Below are positions 29,506 to 39,341 of a DNA stretch of 58,642 nucleotides, piece after piece (positions within the stretch are counted from its first letter, which is position 1; the number at the start of each line of letters is the position of its first letter). Below the pieces are notes generated by a model. That model ran no database searches, was not told the DNA's origin, and saw nothing but the letters and a program-made list of their open reading frames with translations. Made by a program: the position numbers and the translations under genes. The DNA comes from Myxococcota bacterium (GTDB lineage Bacteria > Myxococcota > Myxococcia > Myxococcales > Myxococcaceae), in assembly GCA_049322255.1 (NCBI GenBank), contig JBMORE010000174.1, positions 1 through 58,642 on the forward strand, written 5' to 3'.

Positions 29506-31041
29506 CTACAGCCCGTGCTCCTCCATCTTGGCGTAGGCCTTGACGTGGCAGGGGTGCTCGCGTGTGGGGAAGTGCCGCAGCACCTCGTCGAGCCGCTCCC
29601 GAGCCTTCTTGCGGTTCTTGAACTCCAGCTGCCGCTGCGCCTCGAGCATCAGCCCCCCGCACTTCGCGTCGAGCTCGGGCACCACCTGTTTCATCTGCGC
29701 GCGCACCAGGCCGTAGAGCTCGGGCCGCTCTTTGAGCCCCTCGAGCATCAGCCACGCGTTGCGGTACGTCTTCCAGGCCTTGAAGAGGTTGTCGGCGCCC
29801 ACGTTCTTCTGGTCGTAAAACCCCCTCGCCTTCTCGGCCTCGGCCTTGGCCAGCCGGAGCAGGTCCTCGGGAGGTAGGTCGGGCAGGGGCGAAATCTCCA
29901 CCCAGAGGTTCCACACCTTCCAGGGGTTCTCCTGGGGTGGGTTCTTCACGTTGTCGAAGGTGAGCGAGTTTTGCTCGCCGCGTTTCATGTCGAATGCAGA
30001 GAGCACTTGCTCGAGCTCGCGCTGGTCGGCATCGAGCGTGTCGGGCGGCACCACGCCCTGGTCGGTCCCGTTGACCGAGATGACCACCTCGTCCTTCTCG
30101 ATGTGCTTGGCCTGGTAGTGCAGCACCGCCACCGCGCGGGTGGCCGCCGCAAGCTCGAAGGTGAAGACCTTCATGTCCGCGCGCTTCCATTGCACATCGT
30201 CGCCCACGCCGAAGCTGTCGGTGATCGGTGCGAAGGCGAGCTGGGTCGGCTCGCTGGAGGGGTCACGCATCGCCTCGACCACTGGGCGGAAGACCACCAC
30301 CACCAGAGAGACGAGCCCGCCCAAGAGCAGCGCTCCCCCCATTGCCGCGCCGATGCGGGCCGGCTTGGAGAGCTCGTTCCAGAGGAAGACCAGCCGCCCG
30401 GCAACGCTCTTGTTGGCGGCGCGCTTGCGCCGGTAGTACTCGACCGCGCTCTCTTCCCCCTCGTCGCCGCGTGCGCGGGCGGCAGGGGCGGCGCGGGAGG
30501 AGCGGGCCAGCGGTGCATCGGCGCCGGCCAGCCCCGCCCCATCCAACTTGCGCACCGGCATGGCCACCTCGCGGGTGACCTCCGCGGCCTTGTCGGGCGG
30601 CGGGGCGGGAAGCCCCTCCACTTCCTCGGTGTGCGCGCTCTCCTCGTCGCTCTCCCGCAGCGTGGGAAGCGGCACCCCCGGCGTGGTGTTGCTGGGCTCC
30701 TCCCTCACCGGTGCCTCGACGAGGGCCTTCCTCGGGTGCGTCTTCTCGCCCGCCACGAAGGAAAACGCCACCTCCTCGCCCAGGGCGATGATGTCGCCGT
30801 TCTCCAGCCTGTGGGCGCCCACGACGAGGGCACCGTTCACCCGAGTGCCGTTGGCGCTCTTCAAGTCCTCGACGAAGAAGCGGCCTTCTTTTTCGAAGAT
30901 GCGGGCGTGGTGGCGCGAAACGCCGCCGTCGATCACCACGACGTCGTTCTCGGGCGTGCGGCCGAGCTTGACCTCCTTCTGAGTGAAGGAGAACTCTCGG
31001 CCTTGGCCCTTGCCCTTGGAAACCTTCAGCTGAAAGGCCAC
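29506..31041 (-). CDS. FHA-domain bitopic membrane protein
   Basis: LGRTPENDVV..GVSRHHARI...DLKSANGT..NG, then a linker, one TM and a periplasmic domain with a TPR-like end. GTG start at 31041. Confidence 0.88.
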   Translation of the reverse strand: MAFQLKVSKGKGQGREFSFTQKEVKLGRTPENDVVVIDGGVSRHHARIFEKEGRFFVEDLKSANGTRVNGALVVGAHRLENGDIIALGEEVAFSFVAGEKTHPRKALVEAPVREEPSNTTPGVPLPTLRESDEESAHTEEVEGLPAPPPDKAAEVTREVAMPVRKLDGAGLAGADAPLARSSRAAPAARARGDEGEESAVEYYRRKRAANKSVAGRLVFLWNELSKPARIGAAMGGALLLGGLVSLVVVVFRPVVEAMRDPSSEPTQLAFAPITDSFGVGDDVQWKRADMKVFTFELAAATRAVAVLHYQAKHIEKDEVVISVNGTDQGVVPPDTLDADQRELEQVLSAFDMKRGEQNSLTFDNVKNPPQENPWKVWNLWVEISPLPDLPPEDLLRLAKAEAEKARGFYDQKNVGADNLFKAWKTYRNAWLMLEGLKERPELYGLVRAQMKQVVPELDAKCGGLMLEAQRQLEFKNRKKARERLDEVLRHFPTREHPCHVKAYAKMEEHGL

Positions 31042-31076
31042 CGGCCAGCGAGTATACCCGCGACCGTGAGGAACCG

Positions 31077-31793
31077 TTGATTCGCGCTCGCCTCGGAGAG
31101 CTGGACTGCGTGGTGGTGGAGGAGGGCCCAGGGCCACTCCAGTTGGCGGTGGTGCTCTGCCATGGCTTCGGCGCTCCAGGCGACGACTTGGTGCCGCTGG
31201 GCCCGGAGCTGGTCGCCAGGCGCCCGCGGCTTTCCGGCAAGGTACGCTTCGTCTTCCCTTGCGCCCCGTTGTCCCTCGACGGCTTCGGCTTCGGCGACTC
31301 TCGAGCGTGGTGGATGATCGACCTCGCCCGCCTGACCGGCATGCGCGCAAAGGGGCAGAGCCTGCGCCAGGAGGTGCCTGACGGGCTTGCCAAGGCGCGC
31401 CGGCTGCTCCTGGGCATGCTGGAGACGCTGCTTCGCCAGACACACCTTTCCATGGGCCAAGTGGTGCTGGGAGGTTTCTCGCAAGGGGCGATGCTGGCGA
31501 CCGACGTCGCCTTGCGCCTCGAGGAGCCCCCTGCCGGGCTCGCCGTTCTCTCCGGCACGCTCTTGTGCGAAAAGGAGTGGAACCAGCGCGCAGCATCGCG
31601 GCGAGGCCTTCCCGTCGTGCAGACCCACGGCCGGCAAGACCCGCTGCTCCCCTTCGAGGAGGCGGTGGCGCTGCACGAGCTCTTCGTTCGCAACGGGCTC
31701 GTCGCCGAGCTCATTTCCTTCGACGGGGGCCACACCATCGACCCCTCCGGGCTGGAGAAGCTGGGAGACTTCCTGGTGAATCGACTCCCCTGA
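31077..31793 (+). CDS. Phospholipase/carboxylesterase (alpha/beta hydrolase)
   Basis: CHGFGA, RAWW, GGFSQG, HGRQDP and GGH. Confidence 0.9.
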   Translation: MIRARLGELDCVVVEEGPGPLQLAVVLCHGFGAPGDDLVPLGPELVARRPRLSGKVRFVFPCAPLSLDGFGFGDSRAWWMIDLARLTGMRAKGQSLRQEVPDGLAKARRLLLGMLETLLRQTHLSMGQVVLGGFSQGAMLATDVALRLEEPPAGLAVLSGTLLCEKEWNQRAASRRGLPVVQTHGRQDPLLPFEEAVALHELFVRNGLVAELISFDGGHTIDPSGLEKLGDFLVNRLP

Positions 31794-31839
31794 CGCGTCG
31801 CGGCAGAAACTCCTGCCTACACTTGCCGACAATGGAGGC

Positions 31840-32850
31840 ATGAGGCGGGTACTTCTGGCGGTGATGCTGTCTGGCTGTGCCGGAGAAGCGGACTGGGTGC
31901 TGCAAGACGGCGTTTCGCCGCCGTCGGAGCTTCCGGAGTCCCGCCCGCTGCGGCTGTCACGCTTCACCGCGGTGAGCGACGGGCTGCCCGCAGGTGCAGA
32001 GGTCCGCTCCACTGCCCACCTCGATGGCACCCTCTACGCGGTGGTGGAAGCCAACGGGAGACGGTCGCTTTTCGCGCTGGAGGGCGGACAGAGCGTCTGG
32101 AAGAGCGCCGGGCCCACCCTTCGCCCGGGCGAGGAACCGCAGGCCCTCACCCGGCTCGACGTGGCCGTCTACCTCACCGCGGCGGACTTTGCCGGCGGCA
32201 AGGGCAGCGTGCACAAGCTGGAGTTCTCCGACGAGGGTTGGAGCCGGCTTTCGGCCCCCGACGCCCCCGCGCGGGTTTTGACCAAGAAGACGGGCGCACT
32301 GCTGTTGGCGGTCGGCGGCGATGCTCCCAGCGCGGGGCTGTACGCCTCGGCCGACCGCGGAAAGACGTGGACGCAAAGAAGCTCTGCGGCCTTCCTCGCC
32401 CACGCCACCGCGCTGGCCGCCTCCCCTGCAGCGGCGCGAATGTTCGCCACCGGTGACGTGGCTTTGGGGTTCGGCAAGCTCTACCACTCGGACGACGCGG
32501 GAGCGACCTGGGCCGAATCGACGCTGGCCGGCGAGGTGGGCGCGCTCTCGGCATCGGCGGAGTTCGTGCTCGTCCAGGTGCGCGGTGAGGGTACGTGGCG
32601 CTCGGACAACTACGGCAACACCTTCCACCCGGTGGCGCTCGAGGGCGTCGCGCAGAGCTTCTTCACCACCGGGCCGAAGGCCTTCGCCGGCACCTCACTG
32701 GGCGTGCGCGTCTCCGACGACGGCGGGCGCTCCTGGCGCGACGCCAGCGACGGGCTGCCCAGCGGCGTGGAGGTCAAGAACCTCTACCTGGCAGGCAGCT
32801 CGCTCTTCGCCGCCTCGCGCGGAGCGGTCTTCGTGGCCGCGGTGGAGTAG
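31840..32850 (+). CDS. Lipoprotein with BNR/Asp-box beta-propeller
   Basis: Lipobox LSGC; SADRGKTW, SDDAGATW, SDNYGNTF and SDDGGRSW. Confidence 0.82.
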   Translation: MRRVLLAVMLSGCAGEADWVLQDGVSPPSELPESRPLRLSRFTAVSDGLPAGAEVRSTAHLDGTLYAVVEANGRRSLFALEGGQSVWKSAGPTLRPGEEPQALTRLDVAVYLTAADFAGGKGSVHKLEFSDEGWSRLSAPDAPARVLTKKTGALLLAVGGDAPSAGLYASADRGKTWTQRSSAAFLAHATALAASPAAARMFATGDVALGFGKLYHSDDAGATWAESTLAGEVGALSASAEFVLVQVRGEGTWRSDNYGNTFHPVALEGVAQSFFTTGPKAFAGTSLGVRVSDDGGRSWRDASDGLPSGVEVKNLYLAGSSLFAASRGAVFVAAVE

Positions 32851-32856
32851 TGGGCG

Positions 32857-34566
32857 TCATTGGTTTTGGCGCAGCTGCGCCTCCAGCTTCGCGCGCACGT
32901 CGGGGGGCAGCTGCTCGAGCCCCTTGATGTGCCCCATGTTGCCGAAGTCGGGAGGCGGCAGCTTCTTGAACAGCTCCACCCCTGGCTCGAGCCGGGTCTT
33001 TTCGTAGGGGGGCAACGCGTAGACGAAGGCGTCGACGGCGCCCTGCGCGAAGAGCTCCTTGCCGCCGCTTGGGGCATCGGCTTCGGCGCCGAACTTGAGC
33101 GCCTGCCTCTTGCCGTCGTCGGTGGTGACCTCGACGGTGAGAGAGGGCTTGGCAAGCCCTGCCTTGGCCGGAACGACCCCCTCGGCCACCCGGGTGGCGC
33201 GCAGGTTCTTGAGCGAGGTGAGCTGGGTCGAAACGCGCGCGGGGTCCAGCTCGAAACCGGCGGGAGGCGTCTTGGGCTCGATGAGATTCCACGTCTCCCC
33301 TGCCTTCTTCACCACCGTGCGCCTGCCCGCCGCAGCGATGACCAGCTGGGTGACCTTCTCCGGGTCGAAGGCGAGCAAGGAGTGGTCGCGCAGGTCGGCC
33401 AAGCGCTTGCGCAACGCCTGCGAGGCATAGCCGGGCACCAGGTAGACCTGGGCGTCCCCCTCGAGCTGCACCGGCGTCATTCCCGCGGTGCGGCCCCCGC
33501 CGGTGAGATCATCTTTGGTGACCGCGCCGTCCTTGGGGGTGTGGGCATAAACGCCGACGTCGAGACGGGCGAAGGCCTCGGGCGTCTTGGCGCGCGTGCA
33601 AGCCTTCTTGAGGTCCTCGCTCGCGCCTCCGGTGGCCGCCTTCTCCAGCTCGGCCAGGGTGAGCTTGCCGTCTTTGTCCGCGTCGACGGCGTCGAATTGG
33701 CTCTGGAGGGGGTGGATGGAGCTCGATTCCTGGGGATCGGACTCGCGCCCCAGCTTCACCGCCACTGTCCGCCCGTCCTTGAGCTTGACCTCGACCACGG
33801 CAGGCGAGCTCAAGCCGAGCAGCGATTCATCCACCGAGGAGGAAAGGAAGTCGTGCGCCGAGAGGGAGACGAGCTGCTGCGCGATGCGACCGGGCGCTGC
33901 GGCATCGAAGCGGAAGCCGGGAGGAGTGGTGGTGCCCTCGGCGAGCTTCCACTGCCCGCCTTCGCCTGCGTGGGCGGTGAAGCTGGCGCCATCGGCATGC
34001 CGTACGGAGAGAGAGGTGATCTCGTCCAGCTTGGCGGAGAAGAGCGAGCGCTTGCGCCAGCCGTTCACGTCCTTCCGGATGTTCCAGGGCAACCCGGAGG
34101 GAGTGGCGAACACCGCGTTTTGCCCCGCGCGCCGCACGTAGGTGCCACCGCTCCTGGCGGCCTTGCCGAACACCAGCTCGAGGAGCGCGCCCTTGTCGCC
34201 CAAGACTTTGAGCTTGAGCCCCTTGGCGTCGTCGACTTCGAGCTCGGCGTGGCGCTTGTCCTGGTCAGTGACCAAATCGGGCGCCTTGAAGCTCCCCAGG
34301 GCGTCGAGGGCGGTGGTGAGTTGGCTGTCCTCCACCGGGAACTGGGCGTGGGGCGACTTGGGGTCGGCCACCAGCCAGCCGGCGCCCTCCTTCTTGAGCG
34401 TGGCCGAGGAAGCTCCGGAGATCTCCAGGCCCACCACCTGGTCCTTCTCGATCTTCGGCACCTCCAAGTGCTGCATGCCGACCGAGACCTTCTCCTCGCG
34501 CATGGCGAGCACCACGCCCAGGAGCACCACGAAGACAGCGATTGCGGCGACTGTTGCCTTGTTCAT
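32857..34566 (-). CDS. DUF4340-type periplasmic protein with an EF-hand insert
   Basis: N-terminal TM, three repeated DUF4340-like units and the loop DADKDGKLTLAE. Usual fourth gene of GldAFG-like operons. Confidence 0.8.
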   Translation of the reverse strand: MNKATVAAIAVFVVLLGVVLAMREEKVSVGMQHLEVPKIEKDQVVGLEISGASSATLKKEGAGWLVADPKSPHAQFPVEDSQLTTALDALGSFKAPDLVTDQDKRHAELEVDDAKGLKLKVLGDKGALLELVFGKAARSGGTYVRRAGQNAVFATPSGLPWNIRKDVNGWRKRSLFSAKLDEITSLSVRHADGASFTAHAGEGGQWKLAEGTTTPPGFRFDAAAPGRIAQQLVSLSAHDFLSSSVDESLLGLSSPAVVEVKLKDGRTVAVKLGRESDPQESSSIHPLQSQFDAVDADKDGKLTLAELEKAATGGASEDLKKACTRAKTPEAFARLDVGVYAHTPKDGAVTKDDLTGGGRTAGMTPVQLEGDAQVYLVPGYASQALRKRLADLRDHSLLAFDPEKVTQLVIAAAGRRTVVKKAGETWNLIEPKTPPAGFELDPARVSTQLTSLKNLRATRVAEGVVPAKAGLAKPSLTVEVTTDDGKRQALKFGAEADAPSGGKELFAQGAVDAFVYALPPYEKTRLEPGVELFKKLPPPDFGNMGHIKGLEQLPPDVRAKLEAQLRQNQ

Positions 34567-34576
34567 CGTTTCACCT

Positions 34577-36196
34577 CTACACGCTGGCCCTGGAGCGCCG
34601 CCCCTCGCGCACACGCCATCGAATGACGCCGTAGCCGAACAAGAGCAGCGGAATTCCGAGGGCATTGCCGAACTTGACCGCGTTTCGGGTGCCGTCGCTC
34701 ACCTCGGGCTTCAAGGGCGCGCCGGCGAAGGGCCGGGCGCGCATCGCGAGCAGCGCGGGGTCGAGCAGCATCCAGTCGGCGACGTTGAGCAAGAGCGCCT
34801 GGTTGGGCCGGCCCATGAAGTCGTCCCACAGAAGGCTCGAGCCGCCCACCACCATCACCCGCGATTCGCCCTGGCTCTCGGTGATGACGCCCTGCTCGGC
34901 TGCGAAATGGCTCTTGAGCTTCCCGCTCACCTGCACCATCAGGTCGTAGGGCCCACTGGTGGTGATGCTCTCGCTGCGCCAGTCGCGCCGCGGGTCGATG
35001 TTGAACGGCTGGCTCTCCAGCCAGCTCTTGGCGCTGGAGCGCGCCAGCACCGTCACCTGCTTGCCCTCGCCCGGAGCCGCGGTGACCGAGGTGACGAAGG
35101 GGAAAGTCACCCCTCCCAGCCCCTTGGAGATGGGCGAGTCGCCCTCCAGCCGCTGAAGGATGGGGATGAACGGGTATGGCAGCGGCATGGAGACCACCAT
35201 GAAGCCACGGCGTTCCTGCACGTTGAGCTCCGCCGACTGGGCGTCGGCCACCAGCTTTTCGCCCAGCGTGATGCCGTAGCTGGTGAGCAGCGGCGACAGC
35301 GCGTGCTCCGCCGGGCTCGACTCGAAGGTGCGCGGGTCGACCTGAATGGCGTCGAGGAAGAAAGCGGCGCTCTTCCCCTTCATGATGAACTGGTCCACGG
35401 CGCGGATTTCGCTGGGCTGAAAAGCCGTCTTGGGGCCGACGACCAGGAGCGCGTCGACGTCGTCTTCGACCTTGTCCTTGCCGGTCAAATCGACGCGGCG
35501 CACCTCGTACTGCTGGGAGAGCAGCGTCTGCAGCCGGTTGAGCTTCTCCTCCGGCTTGGGGGCGTCGTGGCCCACCACCAGGCCAATCACCGGCGTCTTG
35601 GGGCGGGTCAGTTTCCGCACCAGCGAGGTGAGGTCGTACTCGAGGGAGCGCACGTCCTGCACCACGGGAATGACCTCTTTCTTCTCCTGGTGCTTGATCA
35701 CCAGGCCCATGTACGCGCGCTTGGTCTGCTGCTGGTCGTCCTCCACCACGCGAATTTCCACCGGCTGCACGCCCGTGGCGGCCAGCTCCTTCTCGATGGA
35801 GGTCGGCTCGCGGAAGCGGCGCCCGAAGATGTCCTGCTTGACCTCTTTCTTCTTCTCCTTGTCCGCTTCGGTCTCTTCCGCGCCCGGGTCGATGAACTCG
35901 AAGGCGAGCTTGCCCTTGGATGCCGCCCGGTATTCGGTGAGCAGGTCGCGCACGTAGCGGGCGTTGCCCGAGTAGGGCGCGGGCAGGTCGGAGGTGAAGT
36001 AGGCGGTGACGGTGACGTGCTCTTCCAGGCCGGCCATGGTGTCCTTCGAAGCCTGAGAGAGGGTGTAGATGCCGTCCTTGGTCACGTCGAGGCGGCCGAA
36101 GGCGCGCAGCCCGACGACGTTCAAGAGCACCAATGAGCCGACGAGGGCGAGGACGAAGACGTTCGCGTTGCCGATCTTGCGCATGGCGAGCCTCAC
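34577..36196 (-). CDS. GldG-like ABC-transporter auxiliary protein
   Basis: RLDVT..IYTLS, EFIDP, EYDLT, ALLLNVADW..D..L..MR, with TMs at both ends. Confidence 0.88.
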   Translation of the reverse strand: MRLAMRKIGNANVFVLALVGSLVLLNVVGLRAFGRLDVTKDGIYTLSQASKDTMAGLEEHVTVTAYFTSDLPAPYSGNARYVRDLLTEYRAASKGKLAFEFIDPGAEETEADKEKKKEVKQDIFGRRFREPTSIEKELAATGVQPVEIRVVEDDQQQTKRAYMGLVIKHQEKKEVIPVVQDVRSLEYDLTSLVRKLTRPKTPVIGLVVGHDAPKPEEKLNRLQTLLSQQYEVRRVDLTGKDKVEDDVDALLVVGPKTAFQPSEIRAVDQFIMKGKSAAFFLDAIQVDPRTFESSPAEHALSPLLTSYGITLGEKLVADAQSAELNVQERRGFMVVSMPLPYPFIPILQRLEGDSPISKGLGGVTFPFVTSVTAAPGEGKQVTVLARSSAKSWLESQPFNIDPRRDWRSESITTSGPYDLMVQVSGKLKSHFAAEQGVITESQGESRVMVVGGSSLLWDDFMGRPNQALLLNVADWMLLDPALLAMRARPFAGAPLKPEVSDGTRNAVKFGNALGIPLLLFGYGVIRWRVREGRRSRASV

Positions 36197-36912
36197 TGGC
36201 GAACCGCGGAGAGGGAGCGAGTGGTGAGCACCAGCCCCGCCGCGGTCAGGGACAGGTAGAAGAGCAGGTCACGGGTGTCGAGCACGCCCCGCGCGATGTT
36301 CTCGAAGTGGTAGTCGACCGAGAGGAACTGCAGGACCTCGGCGAGCGCTTCGGGCATCAAGGGGGCGAACTTGTCGACGAAGTAGAAGGCGAAGCACAAA
36401 ATCAGCCCGATGATGAAGCCGACGATCTGGTTTCGGCTGAGCGCGCTGGCCCACATTCCCAAGGCGAGGAAGCTCGCGGCCATCAACAAAAGCCCCAAGT
36501 AACCGGCCACCACCGGGCCCCAGTCGAAGGTCGCGTTGGGCGCGGCGAGCGCCGAGACGCTGAAGGCGTACGGCAGCGTCCACAACAGGCCCACCGCCAC
36601 CATGCCCAGCGCCGCGAGGAACTTACCGGCGACCACTTCCCAGTCCTTGAGCGGCATGGTGAGGAGCAGCTCGATGGTGCCGGCCTTTCGCTCCTCGGCG
36701 ATGGTGCGCATCGTCACCGCCGGGGCGAACACCACGAAGAGCACAGGGGCGATGGCGAAGAAGCCCCGCAGCGAGGCCTCCCCGGCAAGGAACAGGGTGG
36801 AGAAATACAGCCAGCCGGCGACCAACAAGAACCCGCCCAGCACGATGTACGCGATGGGCGAGTTGAAGAAGGTGGCGAGCTCTCGGCGGGCAACCGCGAT
36901 GGAAGTGCTCAT
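36193..36912 (-). CDS. GldF-like ABC-2 permease
   Basis: RELATFFNSPIAY, TMR..AEE..GTIELLLT.P, GKF and RGVLDTRD. Confidence 0.92.
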   Translation of the reverse strand: MSTSIAVARRELATFFNSPIAYIVLGGFLLVAGWLYFSTLFLAGEASLRGFFAIAPVLFVVFAPAVTMRTIAEERKAGTIELLLTMPLKDWEVVAGKFLAALGMVAVGLLWTLPYAFSVSALAAPNATFDWGPVVAGYLGLLLMAASFLALGMWASALSRNQIVGFIIGLILCFAFYFVDKFAPLMPEALAEVLQFLSVDYHFENIARGVLDTRDLLFYLSLTAAGLVLTTRSLSAVRQ

Positions 36913-36930
36913 GGTCTTGGTCCTCGCGTA

Positions 36931-37911
36931 TCAGGCAGCCTTGGGCAGCGGCTTGGCCTCGCTGCCGGTCAGCTTGCGGAAAGTCTCCTCCAGGCTGACG
37001 TGCTCGCGCCGCAGCTCGAGGAGGAGGAGGTCGTTCTTCACCGCGGCGTCGAAGAGGGCGCGGCGCGGGTCTTCATTGCCGTAGCGCAAGGTGAAGCCCA
37101 GGGTGCCACTGCCCTCTGCTTCGGCCGGCTCGACCGAGTTGACGCCGGGGACGCTGGCCAGCGTCTGGCGCACCCTCTCGGCGTCGAGCGCACCGCCCAG
37201 CCGCGCCGCCAGCACCACCGTCACTCTGCCGCCCTCGGCCATCGTCAACCGCTCGGGGGCGTCGTCGGCCACCAGCTTGCCCTCGTTGATGATCAGCACC
37301 CGGCTGCAAGTCGACTGCACCTCGGGGAGAATGTGGGTGGAGAGGATGACGGTCTTCTCTTGCCCCAGCTCCTTGATGAGGTGGCGAATCTCGACAATCT
37401 GGTTCGGGTCCAAGCCGCTGGTGGGCTCGTCGAGGATGAGCAGGTCAGGGTCGTGGAGAATCGCCTGGGCCAGGCCGACGCGCTGGCGGAAGCCCTTGGA
37501 GAGCTGGCCGATGTCCTTGCCCAGCACCGAGGAAAGGCCGCAGCGCTCCACCGTCAGCTTGAGCCGCTGCTTGGCCTGCTCGCCCTGAAGCTTTCGCACC
37601 TGGGCGAGGAACTCGAGGAACTCGAGCACCATCATGTCCTCGTAGAGCGGGTTGTTCTCCGGCAGGTAGCCGATCTTTTGCCGGGTGGCTACGGGGTGAA
37701 GGTTGACGTCGAGCCCCCCCACCTTTGCCGTACCCGAAGTAGGCAGCACGTAGCCGGCGAGGACTTTCATCGTGGTGGACTTGCCGGCGCCGTTGGGGCC
37801 CAAAAAACCCACCACCTGCCCCTTGGGCACCTCGAAGCTGATGCCGCGCAAGGCTTGGGCCGTACCGTAGCTCTTCGTCAGCCCCTCGATGCGAATCATC
37901 GGTTCGGACAT
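36931..37911 (-). CDS. GldA-like ABC ATP-binding protein
   Basis: GPNGAGKST, LSKGFRQRVGLAQA, LDEPTSGLDP and STH. Confidence 0.95.
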   Translation of the reverse strand: MSEPMIRIEGLTKSYGTAQALRGISFEVPKGQVVGFLGPNGAGKSTTMKVLAGYVLPTSGTAKVGGLDVNLHPVATRQKIGYLPENNPLYEDMMVLEFLEFLAQVRKLQGEQAKQRLKLTVERCGLSSVLGKDIGQLSKGFRQRVGLAQAILHDPDLLILDEPTSGLDPNQIVEIRHLIKELGQEKTVILSTHILPEVQSTCSRVLIINEGKLVADDAPERLTMAEGGRVTVVLAARLGGALDAERVRQTLASVPGVNSVEPAEAEGSGTLGFTLRYGNEDPRRALFDAAVKNDLLLLELRREHVSLEETFRKLTGSEAKPLPKAA

Positions 37912-37936
37912 GTCGAACTCTCCTTGGGAGCGCGCC

Positions 37937-37976
37937 CAAGTAAGGCTTCAAAAGGGGCCTGTCAACTCGTGAGTTG
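37937..37976 (-). promoter_or_regulatory. Putative sigma70-type promoter of the ABC operon with an overlapping palindrome
   Basis: Minus-strand TTGACA-17bp-TACTTG. The palindrome CAACTC-GT-GAGTTG (37963-37976) abuts the -35 element. Confidence 0.4.
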
Positions 37977-38048
37977 GTGAATGTCTTCCCAACTTTTTGC
38001 TCAGGTCGGCACTTCACCCCCCGCCCGGCCGTGCTTAGCCCTTGCCCA

Positions 38049-39341
38049 ATGGGAGTGGGCGGGCGGCACATCGGCGCGGCGTTGCTCTTGGCCGGGCTGG
38101 CGGGAGCGCAGGGCGGGCGGGGCTCCAAGGTGGCGCGCTGCGAGCTCACCGGAACCGTCGATGCCGGCACCGCGGCCTATCTGAAAGACTGCGTCGAGAC
38201 CGCCGAGCGCGAACGCTACCAGGCGCTGCTGGTCCGACTGGACACACCCGGAGGAGCGCTGGAATCGACCCGCGACATCGCCCGCGCCTTCTTGGGCGCA
38301 CAGGTGCCCGTGGTGGTGTGGGTCGGACCTTCGGGAGCACGCGCGGGCAGCGCGGGAGTGTTCATCACCCTGGCGGCGCACGTGGCGGTGATGGCCGAGG
38401 GCACCAACATCGGCGCGGCACACCCGGTGGCAGGCCCCACGGGCGCCGACCCCGAGGCCACAGGGGAGGAGATGGGAAGGAAGGTGGTCAACGACGCGGT
38501 GGCCTTCGTACGTGCCATCGCCGAACAGCGCGGGAGAAACGCCGACTGGGCGGAGAAGGCAGTGCGCGAGAGCGCCAGCGTCCCGGCCCAGCAGGCGGTG
38601 AAGTTGCGGGTGGTCGACTTCATCGCCTCCAGCGAGCCCGAGCTGTTGGAAAGGCTGACGGCTCGCAGTCTCATCACCGCCGACGCCGAGTTGATGGAGC
38701 TTCGCCCTACCTTCCGGCAGAAGCTGGTGCACTCCCTGGCCAACCCGGCGCTCGCGTACATCCTTTTTCTGGTCGGCGGGCTGGGGCTGGCCATCGAGCT
38801 CTCCAACCCGGGAATGATTGCCCCCGGCGTCATCGGCTTGGTCTGCCTGGTGCTGGCGCTCATCGCCTTTTCCGCGCTGCCCATCCGCGCCGGTGCGGTG
38901 GTGTTGATGGTGCTGGGGCTTTTGCTCATCGTGGGCGAGCTGTTCGTCACCAGCGGCCTGCTCGGGCTGGGAGGGGCGCTCTTGCTCGTCCTCGGCGGGC
39001 TGCTCTTTGTCGATCGCTTCAACACCGACTGGTTCGTCGAGCCCTCCTTTCAGCTGCCTTTACGTCTGGTGGTGCCCACCGCGGTGATGGTGGGCGGGCT
39101 GGCCACCCTGGTGATGGTGAAGATCGCACGCTCGCGGCGCTTACAGCAGCAGGGTGCCGACCTAGGGCTCATCAACGAGCAAGGCCGCGCCCTCGACGAG
39201 GTGGGCCCGGGCGGAGGAGAGGTGTTCGTTCACGGGGAGCGCTGGCGAGCGAAATCGAGCGCACGCATCCCCCAAGGTGGGCGGGTGGTGGTCAGGCGGG
39301 TCGAGGGCCTCACCCTTTTCGTGGAGGAGACCAGGACATGA
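38049..39341 (+). CDS. nfeD: NfeD (long form, ClpP-class protease domain)
   Basis: [25 protein letters not shown] region and C-terminal OB fold [10 protein letters not shown]. Confidence 0.92.
   Translation: MGVGGRHIGAALLLAGLAGAQGGRGSKVARCELTGTVDAGTAAYLKDCVETAERERYQALLVRLDTPGGALESTRDIARAFLGAQVPVVVWVGPSGARAGSAGVFITLAAHVAVMAEGTNIGAAHPVAGPTGADPEATGEEMGRKVVNDAVAFVRAIAEQRGRNADWAEKAVRESASVPAQQAVKLRVVDFIASSEPELLERLTARSLITADAELMELRPTFRQKLVHSLANPALAYILFLVGGLGLAIELSNPGMIAPGVIGLVCLVLALIAFSALPIRAGAVVLMVLGLLLIVGELFVTSGLLGLGGALLLVLGGLLFVDRFNTDWFVEPSFQLPLRLVVPTAVMVGGLATLVMVKIARSRRLQQQGADLGLINEQGRALDEVGPGGGEVFVHGERWRAKSSARIPQGGRVVVRRVEGLTLFVEETRT

Noticed and set aside
34577..37911. GldAFG-like genes as Bacteroidetes-type gliding machinery
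   Set aside because: This ABC family is widespread, and no other gld/T9SS genes are present.
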